Assembly: GCA_977020255.1 (NCBI GenBank)
Contig: CDROCS010001843.1
Coordinates: forward strand, 124,001 to 188,000
Length of the DNA stretch: 64,000 bases
Origin: Obrimoposthia wandeli
Lineage: Eukaryota
Direction: 5' to 3'
The notes beneath the pieces were generated by a model. The model searched no databases, had not been told where the DNA came from, and was given only the letters and a program-made list of their open reading frames with translations. The position numbers were made by a program, and so were the translations under genes. This document shows positions 39,001-52,318 of the stretch, in pieces (position 1 is the stretch's first letter; each line of letters begins with the position of its first letter).

Positions 39001-39199
39001 TTGACCTATATAGCCTTCAAATGACCTTGACCTTGAAAAATTATGTCTACTCTGGAAAATTTTGACCCCTAACAGGTATACTCAGGAGAAATTTGACCTA
39101 CAAAATGACCTTGACCAGAAAAAACCATGTCAACATGTCTATTCGGGAGAAATTTGACCTACTTCAGGGGGCTGCCTCTAGTCCTCACTTACTACTACT
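36025..39199. mobile_element. non-autonomous Polinton-type element, family C (3175 bp)
   Basis: About 117-bp imperfect TIRs starting AGTAG(G/T)AGTAAGTGAGGACTAG; perfect 6-bp TSD ATATTT at 36019-36024 and 39200-39205. Confidence 0.85.
38049..38700 (+). pseudogene. degenerate Asp/Glu-rich repetitive gene inside element C with a 40-nt intron (38071-38110)
   Basis: ACAG|GTAAGT...TTTTTAG|ATGAAGATGATGAAG; repeated ATGCTGGATTATGATGAAGACAA units; many stop codons. Confidence 0.4.
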
Positions 39200-42183
39200 A
39201 TATTTAAATAAATATGAAGTAAAAAATGATTTAATTTATTTCTTAAGATTTCTTAAATCCCTGAGAACAGATATTTCATTTGTGATGATGATAAATTGTC
39301 CTTTTCTTTTGAAAAATTTTAATTTTTTTATTTTCCTAGAATTTAACTTTATATGTTTTAATTATTTCAAAATTTTCTAAATTGTTACCTTGATATTCAA
39401 TTTTATATAGCCTTTTCATAACCTACCATTTATAAGTTAATCATATGATCATATCGTGTTTGATTTCATATTAATTTCCATTTCACAATATCGATTGAAC
39501 ATTTTTCTTTCAATTTGATAGTTAAACTAATTTAATATATTAAACCAGTGATTCATAAAACCATGAATCGCGAAGAAACTCTAATAGATCGGTTGTAATT
39601 ATGTTTTTTTATTGTTCCTATATTAACTGCAATAACATTGTATTCATATATATTAACAAACTTAACAAATTGTAAAATTAAATTTTCAAAAATTAATAAT
39701 TTAAAAAATAGGAAAAAATCAAAATATTATTTGTAATAAAATAAATGACTATTGAACTATTTTAAACTATTAATTGTTATTTAGATTCATCTAATTAATA
39801 AAGTACCTCAAAAACCCTAAGTATAGTACGACAAAATATACGATTATCCACGATTATGGGAAGTTATATGGACGTTATAGAGTTATATTGTTATTAAAAA
39901 AAATGGCAAAAAAAATTATAAAAATATGAACAAATAAATGGATTCTTAATTTTGTAATTAAGTGAATAAATTTGGAAATGCATATATTATAAATAAAAGT
40001 GAATCACGATTGTTTAGTTTAGTTTTTGTGAGCCTCTAATTCTCAAATCTTAAAGTATTGTTTAAGGTATTTATTAATTTTGAGTTTGTTCATATTTGAA
40101 TTGTAATATCTGTGTAAGTCTGAACGTTTGAACGAATCTTTTTGCTTGAAATTTGGTGTCATATTCCTTTCTTATGCCTTATTTTCTTTTTCAATATTCT
40201 AACAGATGATGCTCATATCTAAAACGGCCTTGAGTTGCTGTATTAAATTCTTCTTCGAATATTCGAGGCATTTTTCACATTCAGCAGCTACGTTTCAAGA
40301 CAGTAGCATATTTTTGTAATATCTGTAAACTATCTCCATTTAATATTGATAGAAACGTCTGAAAAAAATCGGTATGGTGTACATGCGAGAATACTGGACA
40401 ACAAACTTGCCTTTTTTCTATTGTTTTCCTAAAAATATGAGTATCTAGACCTATTTTATGCTGATTTGAATAAAATCACTTGGATTCGTATAACATTTAC
40501 TTTTCTCGCAAAATACACAAAACTATTCATGCATTACAATTTATTTAAAAATTTACAAACATTATATTTAGTAAAATATTTAATTTTGATGGTCTGATCT
40601 AAACATAAAGTTGAACTTGATGAATCAATTTGTAAAGATAATATCGTATGCCTATCGTAAAATATCATTAAAACTGCATTTTTTTCAAAAAATTTAGTTG
40701 ATTGAAGTGATGAGCATGGCAAATGGTTTCAGCAAATGACATTTATTCAGAAAGATCAGATCAGATAATGCTAGGGGAATTTTGTTAGTCTTTATATAAA
40801 GAAAGTTCGGAAACATTCTACATAAGAGAAATCCGCAAATCAATAAACTATTGTCATAAAAATGCATCTAAATTTGTATGTTTTTCTAAATATTGTATAT
40901 TTTTAAGTAACTTCATACATGTGTTACGTACTATATATGGATAATAATTTAAAAATCGATATTTAAAAAAATAAAAAATCTACATGTGTTAGAATGTTTG
41001 GCTTAGCATATTTGAAATCAGTGTAAAATTCCCCTCTATAAATTTATTGTTATATTTAAAAAGAAAACGTGTTGTTCAGTGTAATGGACATATTTTATAC
41101 CGTTATTTCAATGGATGTGGGGGCGACAAATCGATGAAAGATTATGATGGAGGGTCTAAGTGGTGTATATAAATTCATCCATGACACAAATCAAATTCCT
41201 TTACATTGGAATGTATGTAAATGGAAAGGTTTCCTTTACTTAGGGATGATAGTATTATATAAGGTTAGGATAAAGATTACTGTAGTAAAAATGGTTTCTG
41301 AATTCAATCGTTGTAAGTAAAGTATATGGTCACCCATCAGAGCAAGTGTCCATACTAACAAAATTGAAGGAGGTTATGTGCGAATAAATAAAACGTTTAA
41401 AATAATTAATGGATCAAACAGAGAATTAATAGTTTTTTCAGATTGAAGGCTCATCAGGAATATATGTTTTTGAAAATGTGGTTCTTAAGATTAGTTTTTA
41501 ATATTCATTCAAACTGTAAACTAAGGAATCCATTTTGTATTTTCTCAAATACTTCACAATGCTCAAAAACTTAACAACAATTAGTGTAAACTCATGAATC
41601 CATTTGTTTATTTATTTTGAAAAACCGCGGTTGTGTTATTTTTTGATATAGTTAAACAAAACACTTCGCAGTCTTGTTTACTTAAATTAGGTGCAATTTT
41701 AATTGCAACACAAACATATACGTAAAGTGAGTCTATAGTTTTTGATTAATGCATTTCTTTGGATTTTCTGTATCAATTAATTTACTACAGTAATATTTAA
41801 CATAACCTCATATTATGTGTTCTATTAGATTTCATAGAAAAATGTTCTTAGGCAATATGTTAACGTTACATTAGATATACGAATTAAAATTTAAAGTATG
41901 CTTGGAAACATTTGAATTTTTAAAATTGAATAGAAATCGTAAATATCTGAAGTTAAAAAAGAAAGCATCTGATGTATATACATTTATTGGTTAAGCTTTC
42001 AATGAATATCAGAGTAGTTAAGACAGTATGCATTATGGAGTCTACATGGTTTCATTCTGTTTAGGATTAATTAGTTACAAATTATACTGATTAAGTGTCT
42101 GGTTCGATCACGCTGCAAAAAACAGTTTAAGTAATAGTCATCTTTTTCTTCACGACATCAAATGAGACTCGTAAAGTGAACGT

Positions 42184-42580
42184 TCATTTTTTGGTTTTTG
42201 GCCTGTCACCCGTTTCCAAATCGATACTCTCATCTTCTCCTTCTTCTACTTCTCCTTCTCCTTCTCCTTCTCCTTCTCCCTCTCCTTCTTCGTTTTCTTC
42301 CTTCATTTCGTTATCGTCAACTTGCAAACTTAACTGCGACTGACGGCGATCTTTCTGCTTCTGCTGAATATTGAGAACGGAAATGCGCATTTTGCGCCCA
42401 ATTGTGGTACCTCGGAAGCGTTCCGGCAATTCGGGCTGATCACTCTCCCAGTTCCAATTGACGGAGCGGCCACACGGTTTCTTGCGGACGATACCGAGAA
42501 TGAACTTGCACTGACGACAGATATGCATGACGTCCTTCAGACAGTTGCTCAGTAGCGGGCACCAGAAGCAGGGTATCAGA
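42184..42580 (-). CDS. LITAF-domain C-half terminal exon (C3) with acidic (EG)n tail
   Basis: Branch-like CTAAC and acceptor CTCAG|T; LIPCFWCPLLSNCLKDVMHICRQCKFILG. Confidence 0.8.
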
Positions 42581-45162
42581 CTGAGGGTAAGCGCACGTTA
42601 GGAGGACTGGAACCAGCTACTCACAGATTATAGTGGTGCCGGCTCAAGTACAGATTGTTCGTGACGTTTCTCGACTAAGAAATTGACCACAGTCGAGAAA
42701 ATGTTGCTTTTTTGCTTTTAGAATAGGAAAAACAAAATACTTAGACTTTACTCCAAAAACAGAAAATGAAAAGTTAATTTATGAAAGTTTCAAAAATGCA
42801 GATTGTTTATTCAATGCCGACATGTTAATGACTGAGCAGATAAAATTCAAATTTTTTATTATTTTCTGACCAATTTATCAAAATAAATACAATTAGGAAT
42901 ACAAACTGAAAATTTTAAAATCCATTTAAAACCATACAAAATAAAGTTCTCAAATCGGTATTTAAATTAAAGAATCGAAAAATCGTAAAACATTATTTAG
43001 GAAAGTCCATTAAATATTAAATATCAATTAAAGCCAGAATTGAATTTGAAATGTTTGTAATTATTCAAAAAAGCAGTGCATGAAAAATCAAGTTATTTGA
43101 TAAATTTATTAACATTGAAGAAAAATTCCAATTGCCCTGAGAAATGATATTTACAAAAACTATCACTAAAAAACAAGGCTATGCCAAGTTAAATAGAAAT
43201 TGCTTTCATCTAAAGGCGATTGAAGAAAATAAATACTTCTAAAATGATCTCCTATTTAAAAAGCACTATGAAGAGTTCCTGTGACGTATAGTCCAAGCAT
43301 CAATCATTTGAGTGTCCCATTTAAGTCCAATATAATCTTGAACAATGCCTGATGCCCCAATAAATAGTACGTGATAAATTTTTTGGACATTTTTGAATTA
43401 GTTCATTTACTATTTTAAAAATTTCTTATTGTTTATGAATATCTTAAGGTTTACCTAGAACACCTTCATTTTTCAAAGTATCAATCAAAAGAAAGCATTT
43501 TAACAAAATTATGTCACAAAAACTTTAAATTACAACAATTAATAAACATTAATATGTAAACAATACAGAGCTATTTCCTATACATTTGCAAGGACATACA
43601 TAGCTTTATTCGTCAATGAAGCTGTTAAATTACATTATGAAGTTTAATATATTTTGTTTACACAAACGCATAGAATTCCTATAAGAAATGCGTTGTTAAC
43701 GTAATCACAAATTTTGTCAATTTCCAAATTGATAAAAGATCCAGAATAGGTTTTAAAGTATTCAGGCCCTGAATTTCAGAAGAATTTTCAATGTCAATAG
43801 TAGGAAGCGCATTGACAAAATGTAAAACTCTGGTGCCATATTTAAAAATACTTCAATCCGAAAGTAAAATTTGATTTGTTGAAATAATGTATTCAAACAA
43901 ATGTATTCCATGAGTCATGAGTCGTGGACCACGACAAACATATTTTATTCAAATATTTGACAAATAATTTTCACAATTTCATTTATTCTTATACTTGAAG
44001 CGGAAAACGTAAGCATAAACTAAAAGTTGTATAAAAGTTGAGAAAATTATTAATCTGTACTTGAGCCAAAAGCGAAAATTTCCATATCTAATATTTGTAT
44101 AAAAACTGATTTACTGCAAAACTAATCAATTTGCACTACGTTTTCCTTTTCAAGTACATATGAAAAGAAAGCTTAATTTTAATAAAGTTAGCCTTTTCTA
44201 CACGAATTTTACATTGTAAACGTTTATAGTTCATATTAAACATGGAAATTAAAGCTGTAATTAATCAGAAATTAAAAGATACAATATAATATAAATATAT
44301 TCATCAATTTGAACAACTTAAACTTGTTCAAAATTTTATTTATACAATAATTATGAATTTTAATGGTTCTTATAAGTATGAAAGTTGTTTTGGATAAAAA
44401 TAAACATTATGATCAACTATGATTCCAATATCCATTCCGCCCAATTATTTTCGGAAATCTTAAATAAATAAATAAAAACTGTATTTAATTCTGCTGTACT
44501 TTCAAAACATTAAATCGATAAATAAACAGTTATGAACAAACGATATGTCTTTCTTTTTTAATCATATTTATTAACATTTTAAATACAACTGTCAAATTCA
44601 AAAGTATTAATTTATATTAGAAACAATTTCCCTTAATTTAAACTTTTTTAAAAAAATCTCCGATTTAAATTGTTTAATTATATTTGAAATATTTCCATTA
44701 TCCATTTATTAAATTAAATGTTTGACAAAATTCAATTACTGACAATACCCATTCACAATTATTAGTTGGATTATCGGGAGATTACCAAAACCGATTGCTC
44801 ATTGGTTAAATGTGCGCTTTGCAAGTAGCCAGTAGCTTATTTTCTCCCAAACATAACACCCAAATGTATTTTATTACCATTTCGACAACAGCCAAATTCA
44901 CATTGATTAAAATTATAAATCTAATGGTTACATAATTTATGATAAAATGTCATGACAAAAACTTTGACCATATGTCTATTTAGTTTATTGACTTTTACAT
45001 GATTTGGGATGTTTTTCACTGCAAGCTAAATAACGCTTTTTATTCATAAAGGACTTCAAATCAATATTCTTCTGTTATTGGTTGAAAAACAGCAACTATC
45101 ATTACAAAAATGTGCATTCTCGTATTTATAGCTGGGACTAATAATGAGTCGATTAATTCTAA

Positions 45163-45500
45163 ATGGAAAATAGTAGTTCAAAATGTATAGTTGGGAATTA
45201 TAACTTTAAAGATGAGATTTTACCAGATCAGTTGGAACCTGATGATAGTGCAAATATTATTAATCAAAACAACAGTGCTGACTCCAGTTACGAAGACGAT
45301 GTCCTTGAAGAGAAGATTGTAAATCATGAAAGTAACAAAAGTGAGGATTCAGAAATGGAAGAGTTCATTTAGGAGAGACTGACTCTGACATGGAATGGCA
45401 TGAATATGGATTACACCTAATAAATACACGAGTTATCATTTCAAAGAGCTTCCTTATTATTTAGAATATTTTCTGAATAGTAAATTCTTCAGTTGCTTCT
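45163..45500 (+). pseudogene. possible piggyBac-like transposase N-terminal relic
   Basis: Acidic S/D/E N-terminus followed by W...PYYLEYFL-like segment; heavily degraded. Confidence 0.3.
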
Positions 45501-46828
45501 AGAATTTTTTAACATTGCTACAGTTCCTTATATTCATCTGTTGATTACTGTAAAGATTCGGAGCATAAATTTAATATATTCCATAGGAATGTTTGTTATT
45601 TGAAAAGTTTTTGACCAATCTGCAGTCATCATTATTGTTCCTAAAATGCATTTAGATGCTCACTGCGCCATGCTCGAGAATATCATATAAATTTTTAGCT
45701 TTTGTTAGAGAATACATTGTTTGATAATAATGAAGCTTCATTAAATGTTTACTTGTACTAGCAATTTTCTTCAATTTAAATACAATTCTGACGTTTTTTT
45801 GTAAAATTGTAATATTAAACAGTAGAGAATTTTCAAAATCAAAACTTGGTGTAATAATCGCATGCGTAATAGTCAGCATTGTAGCTAAATCAGTAGCTAG
45901 GTATTTTCTTATTAAATAAATCTTTTTTATATGACTGTCTCATAGCTATTTCATTAATAATATTTTCCATTTCAGAAAATGTGATTTCTTAGTTTAGGTT
46001 TTGGAAGACAAATAAGTTTGAACATTTTTAGATTTCAGAAAATGTTTAAAATTGGATTTCATCAAGTATTTAACTAAATTATTCCATTTTCTGTAATATA
46101 CAAATCGTATTTGCGTATAAAGAAGTTTGGACACTTCAGGGTAGAATAGGGTGATTTAATTTCATTTGCTAACAAAATTAGTGTCTTCAAAATGGCCTTA
46201 CATGCCTTAGACAATTAGTTTTGCTGCAATTTTCTAAGCCAATCTTCCACTTTCACTTATTCTTTCAAAGATTCCGTAGGATGACTTAAGTCTTTGAACA
46301 TAAACAATTTTTCATGATAAATATGATTTTCAAAACAAAAAAAACTTGAGAAACTGTTATATCAATCAAGTAAAATACATATTTGTTGGTTTGTTATCAA
46401 TTTTACTATTTCATTGCTAAAGTTTTACTGACAAATATTTGACATGGAATAGAAATATGAGCAGAATAACAAATGATTTCATTTAATTAACATATAAATA
46501 TCAAAATTACAAAATACATGCTTCATAAGCTTCATTTTTACTTTTTTGTCAGCATGTTTTTTCATGACATAGAATTTTAAAAAAAATTAAAAGAAACATT
46601 GGTAAATATCTCAAAATTTTCAAAAAATATACCATAAATACTGTCCATTTTTAAACAATCAGAACTTCCTAATCCGGAAACATTTGGACCTGACAAGCGC
46701 TGGATTTGAGGGTTCTTTAACTTAGGCTCCAGTATAAAACTTAAAATTTGCACCCTTTGTTTCTTCAAATCATAAATGGTAAAAGTACCAACACCATACA
46801 ACTAACTCCAAAGTTTCATTGAAACCCT

Positions 46829-49800
46829 AGTAGGTGGATATGTCCGGTCTAATCCACACCCATCTCCCCACTGTCCTTTAAAACCGTGCATGTGTGTGGA
46901 GTGAAATTTCGTGTATGTGTGTAGGAAAAAAATTAAAAGAAGTTACGAATAGGGGAGGGGGTACCGCTGTCCTTTAAAACCGTGCATGTGTGTGGAGTGA
47001 AATTTCGTGTATCTGTGTGGAGTGAAATTTTGTGTATGTGTGTCTCCAAATGGGGAAGGGGGGAGAGGTTCCCCCCACATTTTTAAAAAAAATTTTACTT
47101 TAAAATTTATCTCGAAAGTGGTTAGAGAAGACAGCGGGAATCCATATTGGACTCGAGGGCTCATCGCAGACGAGATTTCAAATAATATATTACTTTGTAT
47201 TTTCTGACGATTCTTATGTGCCAGCGCGTCAATAAAGTTTTCATGGTTTCTTATATGGTAGATGCACTAATTGGATTTCTCTTCAACATATTTAAACTAT
47301 TCCTCCGTGTAATAAAGATATAATTTGAAGAGAGTATATAATGATCAATAATGGGGAGTTTATTACGGACAATTATACGGATAATTAGAGAGATTACTAT
47401 GATCAATTAGTCAATTTACGATCAAGAGTATATTATTAATGTTAATATGCATCTTTAACTAAGAATTTTATTAAATTTCAAAATGATTCATTAAATCTAA
47501 AATGTTATCTACTTTCTTTTAAAAAAGTTTTGATTTGTAAAAGAATCTGTAAAAGTATTATTACTAGAAAATGATTAGTTTACATTTCTATTTTTTGTTT
47601 CAAATAATATTGTTTGAAGATTAGCTTATTTAAGGAAATTAATCTATGTAATTAATTAAATTATCACTAGTAAACATCGGATATCAATACCATATTGGAA
47701 CATTTTGTTTAGAAATTATTACATCAGGACTAGAAATGGATTAAATTATATTATCTCTTTCGATTCATTTAAACCTAAAATTATTATTTTTCAAGTATCA
47801 TTTATTGATATAATTTATTCAATAATGTTTAGAGTATGTATTTATCTCAGTCATAATTTATTCATATTACTATATTCTCAAAAAATAATTTTTCATTGAT
47901 CGATATATCAAACAAGAAAATTCTTACAAAACTCTACAAGCTTATTGATTCATTGATGTTATCAATATTATGGAAACTTATTTTCAAAAATCAACAACCA
48001 GTCGATTTATTACTTCAAATAAATCGGTCTAGTAAAGAAATTATACATAAAAGGTTCTATAAGAGAAATTAACAAGATGCATGAGATTTGTTACATTTAG
48101 ATGAGATATGACATGGGTGTTTATAAGGTTTAAGAATAAAAAATAATGAATAGAGTTTTAGAAGAGAAACTCATGATTTGTTCAAAAGGTTCTCTAGAAG
48201 AGTAATTAATACATAGAAGATTAAAGATAATAAAATAAGTAGCGGTTCAGAGGAGAAATTAACGATACGAGGTATCAAAAGAAAAAATATAGCCTAGATT
48301 GGATTATGAAGTGAAATTGATGTGATTTATTTAAGAGATTTAGGAATGGAATTTAGGAAGTTTATTACATAGAAAAGGAAATTTACGAGGTATTTAGAAG
48401 GTTATAGAAGAAATATTAATGCATAGAATGGTTATAAAAGACAAATTGAAAAAGTGTTCAAGAGGTTTCAGAAGATATATTATATATTTGAAGGGTTTAG
48501 AAAAGATTTAGGAGGAATGTTTAGAGGTATCAGAAAATATAGCCTTAAAATGCGTTTAGAGAAGTATTTAAAAGGAGTATTTAGGAAGTTTCAGAAAAAA
48601 GAAATTAAAATTGGTTCATAGGGGAAATTAAAGGGTTCCAAAGAGAATTTAACCGAGGAGTTCAGAAGAGAAAATATAACCTTACAGGAGATAAAAGGAG
48701 GATTTAACGGATATATCAAGAGGTTTCAGAAGAGGAAATATAACTTAAATTGGTTCAGAGGAGAATTTATATGGGGAGGTTTCAGAAGAAATTAAAGGAA
48801 TTTAGAGGGAGATTTAACAGGGAGTTCAAGAGGTTTCAGAAGAAGAAATTAGATGAATTTAGAGGGAAATTTAACGGGGAGTTCAGGAGATTTCAGAAGA
48901 AATTAGATGAATTTAGAGGGAAATTTAACGATGATGTTTAGATGGTTCAGATTAAAGCTTTGAAGGGTTTAGAAAATATTTAGCAGGGATGTTTAGGAGG
49001 TTTTGGTAAATATAGCCTAGATAGCTAGATTGAATAAAAATAAAAGCGATGTATATAAGGTTAGTAGGATTCAAAAGAAAAAAATATAGGATATATTTTA
49101 CTTTGAAAGGAAATTTAATGTGAGTTAGAAGATATTTTGGTGGTTTAGAAGGGAAATAAGACTAATGTTCTAAAACTGTAGTGAAATCGTATTTTATCAA
49201 ATTCCTGTCATTTAAGATTATGATATAAGCGATCATATTGAATTTCAGCTTTATACTGCTTCAAAGCGAGTTATACCAAAAATTAATCATAAGTATTTTA
49301 CTCATATTTCGGTAATAACGAAGACAATTTTTACAAAAGCAGAGATATTATTCAAACTTTTACCATCTTCTTGTATATTTTTTGCATATATTTTGGAAAA
49401 TTATGTTAGAATTAGAATTAGAGTATTAGAAGTTAGAGGTTAGATATTGAGTAATAACGATTAGTGGGCATATTCCCAATTATTGATTTTATAGTTGAAA
49501 ATAATCAATGATGTTGTAAATAGCTGCTTATAAGTCAATAGGTATTAAGGAAAACTTAAAAAAACAACTTCTGAGTATTGATAAAGTCATCATATTTTTA
49601 TAAAAAATCAGGTAAAATCTTTATGATTACTATTAATAGTTTTGGTTCATATAAATGGATTCTATCTTCATTAGACATTAAAAATACTTTTAATCAATTA
49701 ATATTAAGACATTGAACGAAAATTAACGATTTCATTAATACATAGTAAATAAGTTATTTTCAAAGATAGTTTTATCGAAGTCATCAATATTATCGTTCCA

Positions 49801-50819
49801 AAGCCAATATTTTATCTATTCCTTCTACATTCCTTCAATTAAAATCAAAGCTAGGTATGCTATTTTTTTAAAAGATAATGTTTGAAGTATTTTATTGAAA
49901 TTTAGATGCAATAATGAAGAATAGTGTTAAAGAATTGATATATGTGAGGAAATTATGAATTATACATGGTTTGTTTGACATCTTGTTTGAAATAATTATG
50001 AATAGACATTATAATGACTTATGGTCAAAACGTTGACTGTTTATATACAACTAAAATCTGATTGGATAAATACAATTTACGTATGTTAATGATTAAAAAT
50101 ACGTATTTGATTAAGCAAAGTTGTATTAAGCGCTGCAATACTGCGTTTAGCTTTAACAAGATTCCATGCAGAATTATTCTTTAAATCTATATTAAAAATA
50201 TTAGTATTAAGATAGTGTTTATAAGACAAAGTTACTTAAAATATTTAATTACAATATATCCACCAACAAACAATAAAAAACTCTTCTCCCAGAAAAAGCT
50301 TCTCTTCTTTTCTTTCATCTCTTCTTTCTTCTTATTATAGCCCAGAATGAGAAAATTGAATGCCTTATTGTGAATTATTCTTCGTACATGCTCCTCCAGA
50401 GGTAGATCCGATGCTTCGATGAGTCTCAGAACATTTTCTTCAATAAGATTTTTCGAGATGAAACTCTTCACCGCCCGATCAATATCTTGCTTGAAATAAT
50501 TGCGAGTAGACATGATAATGAAGTAGGAGTGAAAAGTAAACAGTTTATATACTATACAACTAAAATCTGATTAGATGATAGGAGAATCATAAGAAATTCA
50601 ATTTTTGTATGATAATGATTAAAATTACGTATTTGATTAAGCAAATTTGCATTAGGTGTAGCAATACTATGTTTAACTTTAACAAGATTCCATTCAGTTT
50701 AAACACTCATTGAAAGAGATAAAAATGCAATAATAATACAAACAGCATGTAAACCTCCATAATGACCACATACTAAAACTTTCCCACCATTTTGATGGTT
50801 TCCTTAATAATATTATTAT
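46829..50819. mobile_element. Polinton family A arm: full TIR (46829-47190) followed by a different subterminal interior, running into the gap
   Basis: TIR matches 7047-7392 up to CAAATAATATAT then diverges; interior has purine-rich repeats and duplicated CCAAT-containing promoter-like blocks; membership of the interior is inferred. Confidence 0.65.
50232..50513 (-). CDS. small protein with C-terminal hydrophobic segment, probably Polinton A accessory
   Basis: Intact 93-aa ORF with biased but coding-like composition, downstream of a duplicated promoter-like block. Confidence 0.45.
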   Translation of the reverse strand: MSTRNYFKQDIDRAVKSFISKNLIEENVLRLIEASDLPLEEHVRRIIHNKAFNFLILGYNKKKEEMKEKKRSFFWEKSFLLFVGGYIVIKYFK

Positions 50820-51397
50820 NNNNNNNNNNNNNNNNNNNNNNNNNNNNNNNNNNNNNNNNNNNNNNNNNNNNNNNNNNNNNNNNNNNNNNNNNNNNNNNNN
50901 NNNNNNNNNNNNNNNNNNNNNNNNNNNNNNNNNNNNNNNNNNNNNNNNNNNNNNNNNNNNNNNNNNNNNNNNNNNNNNNNNNNNNNNNNNNNNNNNNNNN
51001 NNNNNNNNNNNNNNNNNNNNNNNNNNNNNNNNNNNNNNNNNNNNNNNNNNNNNNNNNNNNNNNNNNNNNNNNNNNNNNNNNNNNNNNNNNNNNNNNNNNN
51101 NNNNNNNNNNNNNNNNNNNNNNNNNNNNNNNNNNNNNNNNNNNNNNNNNNNNNNNNNNNNNNNNNNNNNNNNNNNNNNNNNNNNNNNNNNNNNNNNNNNN
51201 NNNNNNNNNNNNNNNNNNNNNNNNNNNNNNNNNNNNNNNNNNNNNNNNNNNNNNNNNNNNNNNNNNNNNNNNNNNNNNNNNNNNNNNNNNNNNNNNNNNN
51301 NNNNNNNNNNNNNNNNNNNNNNNNNNNNNNNNNNNNNNNNNNNNNNNNNNNNNNNNNNNNNNNNNNNNNNNNNNNNNNNNNNNNNNNNNNNNNNNNN
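50820..51397. other. assembly gap (N run)
   Basis: Run of N characters. Confidence 1.
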
Positions 51398-51552
51398 TTT
51401 CTAGGGGGTACCCCCCCTTGTCCTTTAAAACCGTGCATGTGTGTGGAGTGAAATTTCACTCCACACACCTACACGAAATTTCACTCCACACACATGCACG
51501 GTTTTAAAGGACAAGAGAGGGGTGTGGATTAGACCGGACACATCCACCTACT
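51398..51552 (-). repeat. family A terminus (reverse orientation) containing a 40-bp perfect inverted repeat
   Basis: Ends ...CCGGACACATCCACCTACT at 51552; inverted arms 51417-51456 and 51476-51515. Confidence 0.85.
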
Positions 51553-51645
51553 ATTACTACATGTTAAATATTTAGGTCAGATTTATAAGAGAAAAATTAG
51601 ATAACTATATAATTTAGAGGAGTATAAACAAAATACGAGTCAAAA

Positions 51646-52318
51646 TTATTTTTCAAAACATTTATTAAACATAAAAAAATATATATTGGCTTCACTCAAA
51701 GTCCAAAGAGGCTGCATTTTCACGTCATCAGCAAAATATCCATTGAGACTTATTGAGATATTCCATAGTTCTTCATCTAGAATTGGAGCAATCAAATATC
51801 CTAGATCATCTTTAAAATCCAGACTGGGATCAAATTCAAGCTGGAAACAATTTTCTTCATATACATTATCAGGAATGTAAAATCCCAAAATATTTTTCAA
51901 TTGATCAATATAAGATGTTGTTAAAATTTCGATGAGATATTTATTCTCCACTTTTGATATTTTCACAGGATTCATAACTCGTATAATTTGATGCCTCTTT
52001 AATATATTACATAGTTTTTCTTTTGAAATTATTTCTGGATAATAAAAATTTCCTACACATCTCAGAAGAGAATCCATTCTAAAATAAGAAAACTGAGCCT
52101 TCTTCAAGAATCTGACTTTGTGTTTGAAATATTGTTTCACTTCTTCATACATATCCTTATCCGATTCTTCAAACATTTCTATATCTTCATCATCGCTTAA
52201 TACCAGTTGGCTATCGTCCCTCGTTGATAATTGTCTTTGATATGAATGCATTTACTGTGATTTGTCCTCCAATGGCGCATTCTTTTATACTAATTTCTAA
52301 CAAAGACATGAATCTCAT
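51646..52318 (-). pseudogene. second copy of the unknown Polinton A accessory gene
   Basis: Homologous to 7531-8055, with a longer middle segment and a 5' frameshift. Confidence 0.7.

Noticed and set aside
42581-42680. A private upstream exon for LITAF exon C3 via a 44-nt intron (donor at 42624)
   Set aside because: The in-phase upstream sequence (VTNNLYLSRHHYN) lacks the CxxC and the hydrophobic segment; it cannot be excluded as a minor exon
30924-46828. AACGCT (after 30923) and AACCCT (before 46829) as a target-site duplication
   Set aside because: They have a mismatch, and the two ends face away from each other, so they cannot bound one element
48750-48941. Amphipathic repeat protein (FQKKLDEFRGKFN)
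   Set aside because: It coincides with a local ~60-bp DNA tandem repeat in a region otherwise full of stop codons
50773-51468. ORFs spanning the N run
   Set aside because: Artefacts of the assembly gap
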